Assembly: GCF_018977255.1 (NCBI RefSeq)
Contig: NW_024704743.1
Span: 106,518,001 to 106,582,000 of the forward strand
Direction of reading: 5' to 3'
Length of the DNA stretch: 64,000 bases
From: Callorhinchus milii
Lineage: Eukaryota
Part shown: positions 49,211 to 62,112 of the stretch, in pieces
How positions within the stretch are numbered: position 1 is the stretch's first letter
How the letters are laid out: every line of letters starts with the position of its first letter
Position numbers and translations under genes: made by a program
Notes under the pieces: generated by a model
Databases searched by the model: none
What the model was told of the DNA's origin: nothing
The model's input: the letters and a program-made list of their open reading frames with translations, nothing else

Positions 49211-49818
49211 TTTAAGAGTTACCTTGGAGGTGTTTTGCTTACTGTCATCTTATAACGGAGCAACGATCTGCTGGCTTTGCTTTTAATTCTCTCTGGTTGA
49301 TCTCCCTTTGCTTTTAATTCTCCCTCTCACCCCATGCGTCTTCCCTCATCCTTTCGGGTGATCCTCTACAAATCGTTTCCCCCTGTTTTTCACTAACACG
49401 CGGGTTTATTTTGCGACCTGCAACCAGACTCTCATCTACCAACTTAACTCAGGGATCACAAGTAACACACAGTCACCCACAACAAGTGGGCGGCCAACAG
49501 TGTCTTCAGATACAGTTGGATTCATCATATAGCTGTGCTCACAAGACTTGGCCGACACATTGGACTCTTAAATGTTTCCATCACAGAGCGAGTGGAATGG
49601 CGTGTTTTTATTCACTGTGAATCCCTCCCTCCCTCCCGCTGTGTCTGATCGGGGGGTTCATTCACTCTCTACAATGCAATGGCGTTTCCCGAATTAATAA
49701 TAATAATAATAATCCTTGCAGTGAGTGAATTCACTCACATCTGCATATTTCAGGGTAACAAGTGCGTGCCGTGTGCTTTGCAAAGTGTGCGAGTGCAGGG
49801 GCTGGGATTTGAACTCAC

Positions 49819-49962
49819 CAGAGGGTTAAACTCCACCGACTGTGTGCTCAGGCGGTAGGCACAGTAAGCGCATTCCTTGTCGCAATCCGCCCAGATCCCC
49901 AGGAACAGGGAAGCTGTGCCCAGCACCGCCATCAGCCAGTGGCACTTCCACAGTAAAGCCAT
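49819..49962 (-). CDS. PENK: Proenkephalin first coding exon ([48 protein letters not shown])
   Basis: Signal peptide plus C-x3-C-x2-C of the synenkephalin domain; acceptor ttgcag|TTCATG; donor CTG|GTGAGT; phase 0. Confidence 0.95.
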
Positions 49963-49970
49963 GAACTGCA

Positions 49971-50470
49971 AACACAGACACACACACAGATACACACACA
50001 CACACATAGACACACACACACACACAGATACACACACACACAGACACACACACAGATACACACACACACACACACACACAGACACACACACACAGACACA
50101 CACACACAGACACAGACACACACACAGATACACACACAGACACACACACAGATACACACACAGACACACACACACACAGATACACACACAGACACACACA
50201 CACACAGATACACACACAGACACACACACAGACACACACACACAGACACACACACAGACACACACACACAGATACACACACACAGATACACACACACAGA
50301 TACACACACACACAGACACACACACAGATACACACACAGACACACACACAGACACACACACACACAGATACACATACACACAGATACACACAGACACACA
50401 CACACACAGACACACAGACACACACACACACACACAGATACACACACACACACAGACACACACACACACA
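49971..50470. repeat. Compound (CA)n/CAGA/GATA microsatellite, 500 bp
   Basis: Directly visible; abuts the PENK exon 2 acceptor. Confidence 0.97.
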
Positions 50471-50887
50471 AGTAAAGACACAAGACACCATCAGCGGAGA
50501 TTGCAAAACAAAAGGCTTTAAAAACTTTAAAACCACTTTAAAACAACATTCCGCCTTCTGCCGTCTCTTCCTCTCGCGGATCAATTGAACAATATATTTA
50601 TCACACGCCAAGAAATCGTATTTTCCGCCTAACGTTGCGGGGTTTCGATAAGCCTCGCCCGCGCCTGCGGCTCCCGCAGGGGAGATCTGTGCGGGAGCGG
50701 AGCTCTGAGTGACTGCAAAGTGCGGTCCCGCAGCGCTGGGGCTGCGGTCACCGCCACTGAGAGGGAAACTTCAACTGAACCCCACAAGACGCAGCTCAGC
50801 GTTGCGCATTGTAGGACTGCGGTTCGGCAGCAGTTGTTGGTTCAGAGATGAGACTGTTTTAAAAGCAAAATATTACTCTCCCGAAAC

Positions 50888-50918
<31 letters not shown>

Positions 50919-51005
50919 TGGAGAGACTTCTTCTCAGTTACTTTGCCTAATATAATGCCTTATATCCGCGAGGGATTTGCACAGCGCTGCTGTGGGTCAC
51001 CTCAC

Positions 51006-51092
51006 CTTTGCGCTGGTGATCTTCCCGAAAAGCTCCTCGGAAAGCGGACCGTCCCTCTCCTCTGGCGCCGGAGGACTCGACTCAGACTCAGA
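51006..51092 (-). other. PENK: Probable PENK non-coding exon 1
   Basis: Begins about 25-30 nt downstream of the TATA box; donor AAG|GTGAGG at 51005. PENK genes have a non-coding first exon. Confidence 0.65.
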
Positions 51093-51117
51093 CTCAGTTC
51101 AGTTCAGTTCGGTCTGT

Positions 51118-51205
51118 ATTTATAGCGGATGTGGACCGACCGATCTCCCAAGACAACCTGAGAAGACAACAGAGAAAATTAATGTCCCCCTTCAGTTACG
51201 CAGAA
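51118..51205 (-). promoter_or_regulatory. PENK core promoter: TATAAAT (51124-51118) and CRE2-like TGCGTAA (51202-51196), within a CpG-rich region of about 50570-51670
   Basis: Motifs are seen directly, at positions consistent with PENK transcription. Confidence 0.7.
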
Positions 51206-51339
51206 GGAGTTGCTCCCCCTCTGGCGGCTCTGCTCCCCGACTGCCTCTCCCGACGCCCTTTAAGTAAAGGGGTGGTCGCTCTGGGGTGTCCGTCAACCCT
51301 TACCCGAGCTGTCAGGTCGCTAAACATTCACGGCGCCGG

Positions 51340-51428
51340 GGATGGATGGATGGATGGATGGATGGGTGGGTGGGTGGGTGGATGGATGGATGGATGGATG
51401 GGTGGGTGGGTGGGTGGGTGGGTGGATG
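51340..51428. repeat. (GGAT)n/(GGGT)n microsatellite
   Basis: Directly visible. Confidence 0.95.
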
Positions 51429-54400
51429 GCCGCAGCTCTGACTTACTACGATTACGCAAAGATCACAGTCAGTCGCCTGGAGGTCCCATGACTACGATTT
51501 TATCCTCTTAACGCGTGTGACACACGACCGCCCCCGGGACACCGGACTGCCAGCATTTAATTGGAGAGAAACGTCAGCGGGTTAAATGGTTCAGAAAAGC
51601 AGATCGATTTACCTCGAACCCTTTTTGTCGGGTGCGGTTTGATATTGCACACACAAAGACACGGGCTGAGACCGTGTGGGAAGGAAGCTCTCCCCCCCCC
51701 CCCCCCCCCACCACCCCCACCCCTCCCCTTCCCTTCCCCCCTCATCACTCTCGCAACCAGAAAGCCCTTCGCTCGTGGGAGTCTGTGAAATGAGTCAAAA
51801 GCAATGTGCAGAAACCGTAGAGATTTAACACGTTACACGGGGTGGGGGTGTGGGGGAGGGTGTGGGGGGGCATTTGCCAAGTGTTTCTTAGCGAAGGACT
51901 GAATTAAACCATGTTATAATGCACAGCCAAATAGCGCCAGTGCTCAACGCGAATTAGGAAGATAACGATGCGCGTAAAAGCGCATTCCAAATGCCACGAA
52001 CATCTCAGGAGTTTTTGCTTAAAACTATTGTTTAACACGACACCTTCCCCAATAATGTCACAAACTGCAAAGGTCAATTCCAACAGCGGTATATGTGGAC
52101 AATATTGAGCTCACTCGCTGCCTTTGACTTTCTGTACTGCTTTATCACGAGTGCAGAGTGTAGATCTGCTAAAATATCTATTGCAGAGGGTTTAAGGTCC
52201 CACACTGCGTATATGTATGATTTTAACTTCGAAGTTCAGAGCAGTTCTATTCCTTTCTGAAGTCAAACCAGATTTGCATCGAGCAACCACACACAAGTGA
52301 TGATGCCATTTACTTTGGTGCAGAAGTCTCGCAATACAATATCAGTCCATGTAAAGACGTGCATATAGGTCGCTAAGAGCTTTTATGGTTCGAGCTATAC
52401 CATATACACTATTAGATCCAGAGAAAGGTCGGCATGTTACTGGCATCGCCACTTGCAACTCATCGTCCAAACGCACATTCCTTCCATTATTTAGTATTAA
52501 CGTGTTCTGCATTTTCACTTTTTTTAAAAAAAAAGCAAACCGACTGTTTTTGTTGCAGAGGGGGTTTGGGGGTAAAGTAAGAGAGGAAGAATGCAAGATC
52601 ATTTCCAAAGCACCTGGGTATCGTCGGGTGCTTTATAAACTGGATTTTTTGTTTTCTTAGTGTAAAACACAAGTGTGAGCTGTTAACCCCGGATTGTGTA
52701 GAATCAATGAGTAATTCTGGAGGGAAATGTGATACAATTAGATGGCTTTATCAGGAGGCAATCAGCACAGCACACAGTGCGCCCAGTGATCTGCTGTGCA
52801 ATTTTAGGACTGAATCGTGATATGCCACAAAGAACATGCACAACGTTTGGGTGGCAAGGAATCCTGATTGAGGCTCTTCTACTATGATCCTTTCAGAACC
52901 CCCCACCCCACCAGCTTTATTTTATGTCCCGGTCAAATCATATGCTCGCACCCACCTCATCTTATGCCTCTCATAGTGTTAAAAGTCTTGTTGGATCGTT
53001 CCAACCATCCTAAATTTTCTTTCTCTAGAGAGAACAGGGTCACCTCTGTAAGCCTCTCATCAAATCCCAGAATTATCCTTGTTTCTCTTTGTTCTCTGTG
53101 TTGAATTCTGTCTCGTCCCTCAGAAAGTAGGGTGTCCAAAATTGCACACAATGCCATAACCTGCCATGTCGTGCTGTGTTAATTAACACCCATATTGAGT
53201 ATCAAAGCCTTGTGAGGTTGAACACATCGACTGGTCCTCGCGTGTGCAGGAGGTGACTCCTCTCCACTTCCCTCCCATTGATGATAAGAAATCGGCTTCA
53301 TATTAAAAGATCCGTCTTGTGGAATAGCTTGACTAAACAAAATAATCAGATTAATGGGCATCCCACTAATCTGTGGTTGAACCATACACTGAAATGGACC
53401 ATCAAAGGTGAAATGCAATACAGTAAAACCTTATTTATGGTTTCATTTGTATCTTTATTGCATTTCGTCAGAATTTCCTCATTGGTCAATCATTTCAAAA
53501 GGAAGGATTATTGTTATTATATTTAATTCCCAAAGTGTTTCAAAAATGCATGAGAGATGTGGGTGATTTTGAATAATGGAGTCATTCTCAATCAGATGAG
53601 TTAGAAGTAGTAAACGAACCATCATTTAAGAGAAATTGAGACAAACTTAGGAATCTGGTTTAGGGAAGACACAGCAAGGACTGTGAGAAGAACATTTACA
53701 TTGGAACAGTAATGAATTCTCATGTGAATTTTGGAGTTAAACTTGGATAGACGGAACTTCTTCTGCAGCAGTGTTTTATCTGATATGAGAGTGCTTTAGA
53801 AACAATTTCGGCGCTGAATGTAGAAAATAACTCCCTTCTTCAATACTAGCAGAAAACATAAAATTACATGGATGCTTCCTGATCCATTTATATTATGACA
53901 GCCCTCCAGAATGCTTTCATTCGTGTTTATTTTTCTTAAATTCTTCTGTTTGTGCTGAGGTTGTGTAAGAGTCACTGCAGATAAATATGACTTCCATCTA
54001 AATCCTCCAGATGGGAATTTATATATTTGACCCCAAAGTGTTTGCATGTTCCAGATACAGTTATCTTTGCACAATATGCTTTTTTGTTTGGTGGTGGAGG
54101 GAGTGGTGGGGGGGAGGGATGCAATGAGGCGTCTGGGTAGCAACTGTATTCTCTTTGCGATCTACTTTTTTTCTGGAGGGAAATGCAAATCTTCATCAAG
54201 AAATGGGGGCAGAGCCTCAGCGATTAGGTGGATACATATGTGACCCGAACGCCTGCTTTAGAGCAGTGCGAGTCAGCAGCACAGACCGATCAACTCAGCC
54301 CTGTCGCACAGTACACATTGCTAACGTGGTGCTTTGCTCACCCGTATTAACGTGTACGTGCAGCAATTAGCAAACCGGATGGTAACGCCTGTAAAAAAAA

Positions 54401-55051
54401 AACACATAACGTTTGGTAGGACTGTCATCCCTTGACAAACTTCAAAAAAGTACTGTGGCAATCCAGCATGGGAAAAAAAGTTTGCTTTGTACTGGCTACA
54501 GCCACTGGTTGTGAAGTAGTGACAATATTTCCTCAAGGTGGCTCCACACTACTTCTGTTAAGATGATTAACACTGGATTCCAAAAGTCACTCCACAGTTA
54601 AACATCAGATATTAGATCAATTTTAGTAGTTTCCGAGTTGAATCAATCCAAACTTATGATAAGGCTGATCTGTAACGTGTGCAGTATAGGTTTCATAACT
54701 AAAGCCACAGCCATTTGAGACAATATTAAATTCTCTATTATCACAGTCACACATCCTACTTTCTGATTTCTGGTCATGTACAGAAATAAGCCATCATTGC
54801 TGCAAACTGTATATTTTAGAACCTTTATAGTCTAAGCTGACCCTCCAGTGCCGTATTGGGGGAATGCAGATTTTAGAAGTGCTGCCCTGAAGATGAGACA
54901 TCAAACCAAGGACCCATCTACTTGTTCAGGTGGATGTTAAAATCGTGTAGCATGATTTGAAAAGAGAAAGGAGTTTTCTCCGGATGTCTTGCCCAAGTAT
55001 TCCCCAGATAAAATTGATCATTCACTTCATGAGTGTTTGTATTCATGACTG

Positions 55052-55503
55052 TCGAATTCAAGATCCTCATCCTCACCTACAAGACCATTCACGACCTTGC
55101 TCCCTCCTATCTCTCCGACCTACTATCCCCCTACTTACCTGCCCGTACCCTCCGTTCCTCTGGCTCCGGTCTGCTTCACATCCCCCGCCCCAACCGCCCT
55201 ACCACCGGTGGCCGGGCCTTCAGCCTCTCAGCCCCTAAGCTCTGGAACTCCATCCCCCAGTGCCTTCGCCTTGCTTCCTCCCTTTCCTCCTTCAAGGCCG
55301 GTCTCAAGACCTTTCTCTTCGACCGTGCCTTCAGCTCCCCTCTCGACTCTCTACCCCCTCCTCGCTCCCTCCCTTCCCTCCATTCCCTCCCCTCATCCTA
55401 ACCATTTCCCCCCTGCTCGGGTCCCGACCCAACTGTCAGCACCTTGGGACGTCCTCCCGACGTGAAAGGCACTCTATAAATGAAATCTTGTTGTTGTTGT
55501 TGT
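55052..55503 (+). mobile_element. Young L2 3' fragment
   Basis: Near-identical to 25908-26393; (TTG)n tail. Confidence 0.92.
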
Positions 55504-56813
55504 AGAACATTACTGCGTAAAATTTGGCTGCAGTGTTCAGTTACAAAATACAAAGGCATTGCACTTCACAGTAAAATCTTCAGAACCACTTTGAAATATC
55601 CTTCAGACATGAAAGGCACAATGTCGAGTCTAAGGATTATTATTATTAAATTTCAAAGCTGTAAAATTTGACAGCAAATTTCAGGTACCATTTTTTTCCC
55701 AGGGTTTAATTTTATGGGGTAATAGTGTATGATGCATGGTGAGGATTTCAAAATTATAACTTGAAAAAAATTCATGCAAATTAGTGGCTTCACCTCTAAT
55801 TAGTCATGATTATCTCTCACGAATAATTTTAATTGTAGCTCAATCTCAATAAGGGGTGACAACAAAGATAAAGATTATAGTGCAGGAGGTCGGAGAATCT
55901 TATTATATTCCTCCCAGTGTGCAAAAACCCTCATTCTATAATACATTGAAAAGAAAGTGAACTCTATGTTTAAAATTCACCTTACAAAGAGAGCTGCATT
56001 ATGCCACCTGCTCCATTTTAACTCCTACATTGCTGTGCCATGAAATCTGCTTCCTGAGATGTTTGGACTAATACCATTGTATTGAATCTTCTGTGTTGAA
56101 TCTTTGAAATGAGTAATATCACATTAATGCAAAACGACCTTGCATACTTTATGAGTATTTCTTCATTGTGCATGTGCTTCCTGGTCACTGTTTCATGCAC
56201 CCTATCAGATACAGATTTGAATCTCTGGCTTTTGACTTTGAAATTTCAGTTGTTTCAGCAATTTGGTTAGACACCTGAAATGAATCTCACGATGCATTTC
56301 ACTCACGTTTAGTATTCCACAATGGTATTGTCACTGTGTCCAGATACGAGACCAACAATCGTACTGAGATTTGAACCAACAAGCTCCTGGCCCACAAGCT
56401 GCAGCTCCATCCACTACACCATCAGGGCTCTCCCCTGCCACAGGACCTTAAACATCCACCTGAACAGGAAGACAGAATGTCAGTTTAATGTCTCACCTGA
56501 AGGGCAGCACCTTTGACATGTCCCAATGTGAGGCTTAAACTCACAACATTCTGACACACAGACAGTAGTGCTTCCAATCGAGCCAGCGTGACACCCAACC
56601 ATGGATTCACCACTGTGTACTGTTCTCAGGTACACTTTAAAAAACAAACCAATGACAGATTCTTCCCTGTGTGACTGGAACAGAAATGAGCTTTAGTGTT
56701 CTAACGATGTGTCTTAGCAAGCTACGTGGCTTCATTCTGTTGCTATCCCCTCCACAATTCACCTGCTTATGCACAAAAACATGCAGAAAATGGCAGCTTG
56801 TCAAGTCTGCTTG

Positions 56814-57346
56814 TCTAATGGTTTGTTGTGTTTTAATCTTTGGGTGCTAATCCATTAAAGCTGTGTTTGATTACGATAAAACATCTGACATTGCCTTGAG
56901 TAGATCAATAGTGGAATAATAATAATCCTTGCATTTGAATTACTGTCATACTATACCAGTACATGGTTCCAGGCTTGACAGATTTAATCCTTTAATAAAA
57001 TTCTTTCATTTTTAAAAAAAATATGGCTTCTGCGAGCAAAGACATAATTATATATTGTGGAATTGAAAAGGGCAAAGGAGTATATTTTCACCAAATAGAC
57101 ATCAATAAATAAAAGTTGACTGCATTAGCAATGTTGTGATGAAAAGCTTTAAGGCTGGAATCAAGTTGATGTGTTCATTTGCAAATTGACATGTTCCCAG
57201 AAAAGATCTTTTCTAAACCTCAAAAAGAGCTATCAAAATTATCAGTGCTCCGAGATATTGATCTACTCAAAGCAAAGTTCACATTTTAATTAAACACAGC
57301 TTCAATGAATTAGCACCCAAGGATTAAAACATAACAAACCATTAGA
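56814..57346. repeat. Long inverted repeat (arms 56814-56910 and 57256-57346), possible MITE/DNA-transposon relic
   Basis: TCTAATGGTTTGTTGTGTTTTAATCTTTGGGTGCTAAT...TTGAGTAGATCAATA is the reverse complement of the right arm, with scattered mismatches. Confidence 0.75.
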
Positions 57347-58284
57347 TGAAGATATCTTCACCCATGTGAAGCGCACTATATAATGTAAGTTGTTGTTGTA
57401 ATTATACATTTGTGAAGGAGTGGATAATGTGATGCAAAGTAGACATTTTCCATTAAATAGTCAGATGAATGTCTCTTCCCACTCACTAACACTATTTCTT
57501 TTTGAATTCAATGATTTTTTGCAACACATTGTTAGGACTTTGACTATCGTGGGCTGGAGTTGAGGTTAGTTTCACTGAATTGCTAGAGAAAACAATGCAT
57601 AAGCATGATGTTTGACAAGATGGTTAAGCACTTGAGACTGACAACAGAATAGATTGTACTTTATCATAAAATATTAGTGGGCGTGCACTGAGCGTATTCC
57701 ATGAGTGACTCTGAATAGAAATAGATCTTGACAATAGTAAAGAAAATCCAGATTGTAATTGTTAACATTTCCTATTCATGGGAGTTCAGTGGATTCCAGG
57801 GTCTCAAATAATAGATTATAATTTGATTCAGTTATGATTATCTTTTTATTATATTAATTTGAAGAGATGCTAAAGGAATAATCAGTAACCTGGATGAAGT
57901 TATACAAATGATCAAAATTTAGTAGTATTAAACATATCTTAATTTTTTTAATCAAGCATGTGCTTAGAGTACATAAGTAGTAACATGTGCAAAATAGTAT
58001 CCTATTTACATATATGGGACTAAAAATATATAAAATCATATGTTTTCAAATAATTACTTATTGACTTGGAAAGATGCAGAGGAAAAATCCAAGAAGTGTA
58101 CATGTCTGAGTAGTGCAGTTGAACAACAAAGGTGGGTATGTAAGGTAGAAGTAGGAGAGTATCTGAAATCCAATAACGTAACATTACAAATCAGCTAGTG
58201 TATTAATTATTGGCTGGTTGTCTTTGTCGACTATGTGTTAAGAAGCAGGATAGGTCTGAATTAACACAGCATGCATCATGATTT

Positions 58285-58603
58285 GTGGAGTCCTGTAGCT
58301 CAGTGGTTAGAGCACTTGCTTTGCAAGCGAGAGGCCTGAGTTCAATTCCAGGCAGAGGGCGAAACCTTGGGCAAGTTTCCTTACTCCACACAGAGCCTAA
58401 TAATAATCCCTCCAAAACAAAAACAGTAATAAATTGGTCATTTTCAATCCACAACTGTTTGTGGGCTATTGCTGTGCACAATTGGCTGCCGCGTTCGCCC
58501 ACAAATATATAGTCAATTCACTTTACAGTCTATTCTGTGAAGCGCTTTGGGACGTTTAGAAGACGTGAAAAGCACTTTACCAAATGCAAGGATTATTATT
58601 ATT
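58285..58603 (+). mobile_element. tRNA-Ala/Deu SINE, full length, with TSD ATGATTT
   Basis: ATGATTT at 58278-58284 and 58604-58610. Confidence 0.93.
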
Positions 58604-58799
58604 ATGATTTGTTTTTGGTCAGTTGGATATCTGACACATGCAGAACCCATCACCTAAACAGAACTGAGAGTCCATGCATCCTACCTATACATGGAAATGG
58701 AGACAGTGTACATTCTGCTTACCTAATGCCAGAAAGTACTAGGTGCACATTGACAAGAGCCTAGAATGTGCATTGTGGCACCTTTGGAGTCTAATTTTA

Positions 58800-59075
58800 C
58801 AAAGTGCATGGCTTGCCAATTGAAAGCATGGTCCAGATAGGACCAACTTTAGTTTGCAGGGATAACAGGAGCTGAGTAGGAAGAGATCCTGCCACCAGTG
58901 ACTGATCTGCTCTGCCAAGTCCTGCCAATGAGCCAGGCTAGCCGGGCGGTCATCAGCAGTCCCCTGGAATACTGAGGACCCACCTGACTCAGGAACTAGA
59001 TTACCAAGACCGTCACAGAGGGTGGGCTCAATTCTGACATTCTGTTTCCAAACATGCCAGTTCAGCTCCAAGAAG
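58800..59075. repeat. Unclassified dispersed repeat copy
   Basis: Similar to 33060-33370 and, inverted, to 23090-23400. Confidence 0.6.
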
Positions 59076-60496
59076 ACCCGTTTACATCTGTATCTCTAAT
59101 AAATTTGTGATCCTGAGGTGAAGTAAGGCCCAACACAAATTTTTCAATCAATTGATATTTATTAATACAAATTAGTAAAGAAATGCATATCAAAGTTATC
59201 CATTTCATCAAATCAAATTAATGCTTATGACAGGTTAGCAAAATTCAGTGAATTGAATTGATTAGACCAACACAGTGGCTTGCTATTCCATGTTGTTTGT
59301 CGTACATCCCTCTTTCCACGAGATTGGTTGTGAGAGCTAATCCATTCTCTCTTCTCCTTTTGTTGAAACTCATTAACCTTGTAAAGACATCTGGCGATCA
59401 GCTCCACAAAAACATCTTCTTAGTCAATCGTCTCCTCCTGTCACCACTATCCAAAAGTTGTTAACAGCCTTTTGCTTTTATCAAGATTCCAGCAGTTTGT
59501 TTTAAACAAGTCTGAGTATCACAGATTTAACTTCCATTGTGTAGCTAACAACAACGTCTCATCAACAATGATGTTGAAACTTTGTGTTCTGAAAACATGC
59601 TTCCACTGTCCTTGGCTTTTATGCACTCGCAGCGTTCCTGAAACAAACAAATCCATGAGTCTCTGCGATTTTCCTTTGGTCAACTCAAGCAACTTACAAT
59701 TCTGGGATTGCTTCACATCTTTTCGGTAAATGGGCCAAGAGGTGGCAGTTAAAGTTCAATTTGATTTTGCGCTATACAAATGTAATTTTGCTGCTGCTGT
59801 TTTTAAAAATAATAATGAGCTCAGAGCAAGGAATAGGATTATCTGTTAAATGATTATTCTCCCAAAGATTAAGTGAAAATCCATGCTGATTTTGTAGTTT
59901 TCTTATTTTTTTCCAAATGCAATAAGAAGCAGATTCCAATTATTCTATGCCAATATTTGGAATAATTGTAGCTATTTGCTGAATTGCTGAAGGAGATAAA
60001 TGATCAATGGAAGCACTGAAGTTGAAATGTTATGATTGCTGAGAACAACTGCACAGCACATGCATGGCTTACCTTGATGAATGCAGAGCACATTTACCTG
60101 CCTCTGAACGGTACAATTGATAAAGCTGATGAACCAAAGATGCAAGTAAAACTGTGAAACAGGGATACAGGAAAAGATCGTATATGACTCCAGTAATTGA
60201 AGTCAATACACAGCATCCCAATTGCACAACAGATTACTTTCTTTAATACCACACACATGCTGATTGCTCCCTGGGGCATGCTTTGGATAAAGCTATGTTT
60301 GTAACTTTACCCGATGAAGAAACTGCCGGTGGGTAGAAAATGTGCAACCACCTATAAGTTGACTGCTGAGAAATTTGACTAGATGATTTATGGTTAAAAA
60401 CATGGCAATGTGCACTGGGCCTGTGACTAATGTTAATATCTGGTGATTGCTGGCGAGAATCATGCTGAAGTGGAACAGAGTAATGAGATGATTATT

Positions 60497-60745
60497 GTGG
60501 AGTCATGTAGCTCAGTGGTTAGAGCACTTGCCTTGCAAGAGAGACACCTGGGTTCAATTCCAGGCAGGGTGAAACCTTGGGCAAGTTTCCTTACTCCACA
60601 TGCCTAATAATAATCCCTCAAAAAAAAACAATAATAATTCGGTCATTTTCAATCCACAGCTGCTTGTGGGACACTGCTGTGCGCAATTGGCTGCTGCGTG
60701 TCGCCCACAAATATACGGTCAATTCACTTTACAGTCTATTCTGTT
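60497..60745 (+). mobile_element. tRNA-Ala/Deu SINE (short subfamily, tail missing)
   Basis: Head and Deu core present. Confidence 0.88.
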
Positions 60746-60749
60746 CTTA

Positions 60750-61230
60750 GAACAACAACAAGAAACAACCAAATTATATTTGTATTGTGGCTTTCACATC
60801 AGGAGGATGACCCAAGGCGCTGGACAATCAGTGTTTTGGATCCGAGCTGGGAGTCGGGATCGGGGATGGTGGGAGGCAGTGGGGGAAGGAGGGTGACCAA
60901 AGGCACAGTCAAAGAGAAGGGTCTTGACATGGATCTTGAAGGAGGCAAAGCAGAGGGACTACCGGATGGAGTTCCAGTGGTGGATGCAGAGTGGCTGAAG
61001 GCCCACTTGCCAATGGTTGGGCGGGTGAGACGAGGAATGGGAAGCAGGCCGGAGTCTGCTGAGCGGATGGAGCGGGCAGGTTCGTAGGAGGTCGCAGAGG
61101 TAGGGGGAAGTAAGGCCATGGAGGCCTTTGAAAGTGAGGACCAGATCTTGAACTATATCTTTTGTGTGATGGAAAGCCAGTGGAGTTGGTCGAGGGTGGG
61201 GGTGATAGGATCGCAGATCTTAGTGCGTGA
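60750..61230 (-). mobile_element. L2 3' fragment
   Basis: Translation PARSIRSADSGLLPIPRLTRPTIGKWAFSHSA, plus a tail. Confidence 0.8.
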
Positions 61231-61659
61231 GAGGATAGAAAATTATGGATTTACCATGTGAACAAATGAGGCTGCTAGGTATGGGCGTGTCCTGTGTTAA
61301 GAAAGCAAAAGTCTCAGAACAAGTTGAAAGAATTACAGCATTATTATGTTCAAATTCAGTTGTCCCAATCATTCTGGTAATGATTAATATATGGTCTCGA
61401 TCTTGTGGTGAGTGAATTGATCTTTCATTCAATCTGCCTTCCATTTGAGAAAGCCATGTGGTGGACAGGATTATTGTAGTATTCTGTTATAAATGCATCT
61501 TAACACCCTTTAAAATGAGCTTGTGTTCTATTTCTGAAATCTTGCTTAAGGGTAACCCAACCTAAATACACGCCCCAGAAAAAAGTTGAATAATTTGAGA
61601 ATAAGATGGTTTACCATTCCTAAAACGGAATCATTTCTATAGGTCTAAAATTGTGTGTC

Positions 61660-62112
61660 AGCTTGGCCTGGTTCTCACCTCGAAGTTAGAAGGTCGTGAG
61701 TTCCAGCCCCAGGTTGAGACTTGCAATTCATATAGTCTAAGCTGATTCTCCAATGAGGTGCTGAAGGTGTGCTGCATTGTTGGAGATGATGTCCTTTGGA
61801 TGAGGCGTAAAAAATTTCAGAGCAGCTTGAAGGTTGGACAGAATTCAACCAAGGCCCCATCTGCCTGTCATAGATGGATGTGAAAGATCCCATTAGACGA
61901 TTTGAAAAGATAAGGGATTTTCTCCCAGTGTCTTGGACAACAATCTTCCAAATAAAATTTGTCATTCGCTGCATGGCTGTTTGTGGCATGTTGCTGTGCG
62001 CAAATTTGCTGCTGCATTCACCTATACAACACACAGTTACTACACTTTACAATATATCTGTGAAGCTCTTTGGAGACAGCTTCCCGACATGAATGGCTCT
62101 ATACAAACATGT
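61660..62112 (+). mobile_element. Old DeuSINE (SacSINE1/AmnSINE1-like), near full length
   Basis: tRNA-like head (GGTCGTGAGTTCCAGCCCC), GGATGTGAAAGATCCCAT segment, Deu core GCTGTGCGCAAATTTGCTGCTGC and L2-like tail. Confidence 0.7.

Noticed and set aside
49750..50611. Long VC/HT-repeat ORFs
   Set aside because: Translations of the (CA)n microsatellite. Only 49819-49962 is the real PENK exon.
54272..54292. REST/RE1 site for PENK
   Set aside because: At least three mismatches in the core and a poor 3' end; not supportable as a feature on its own.
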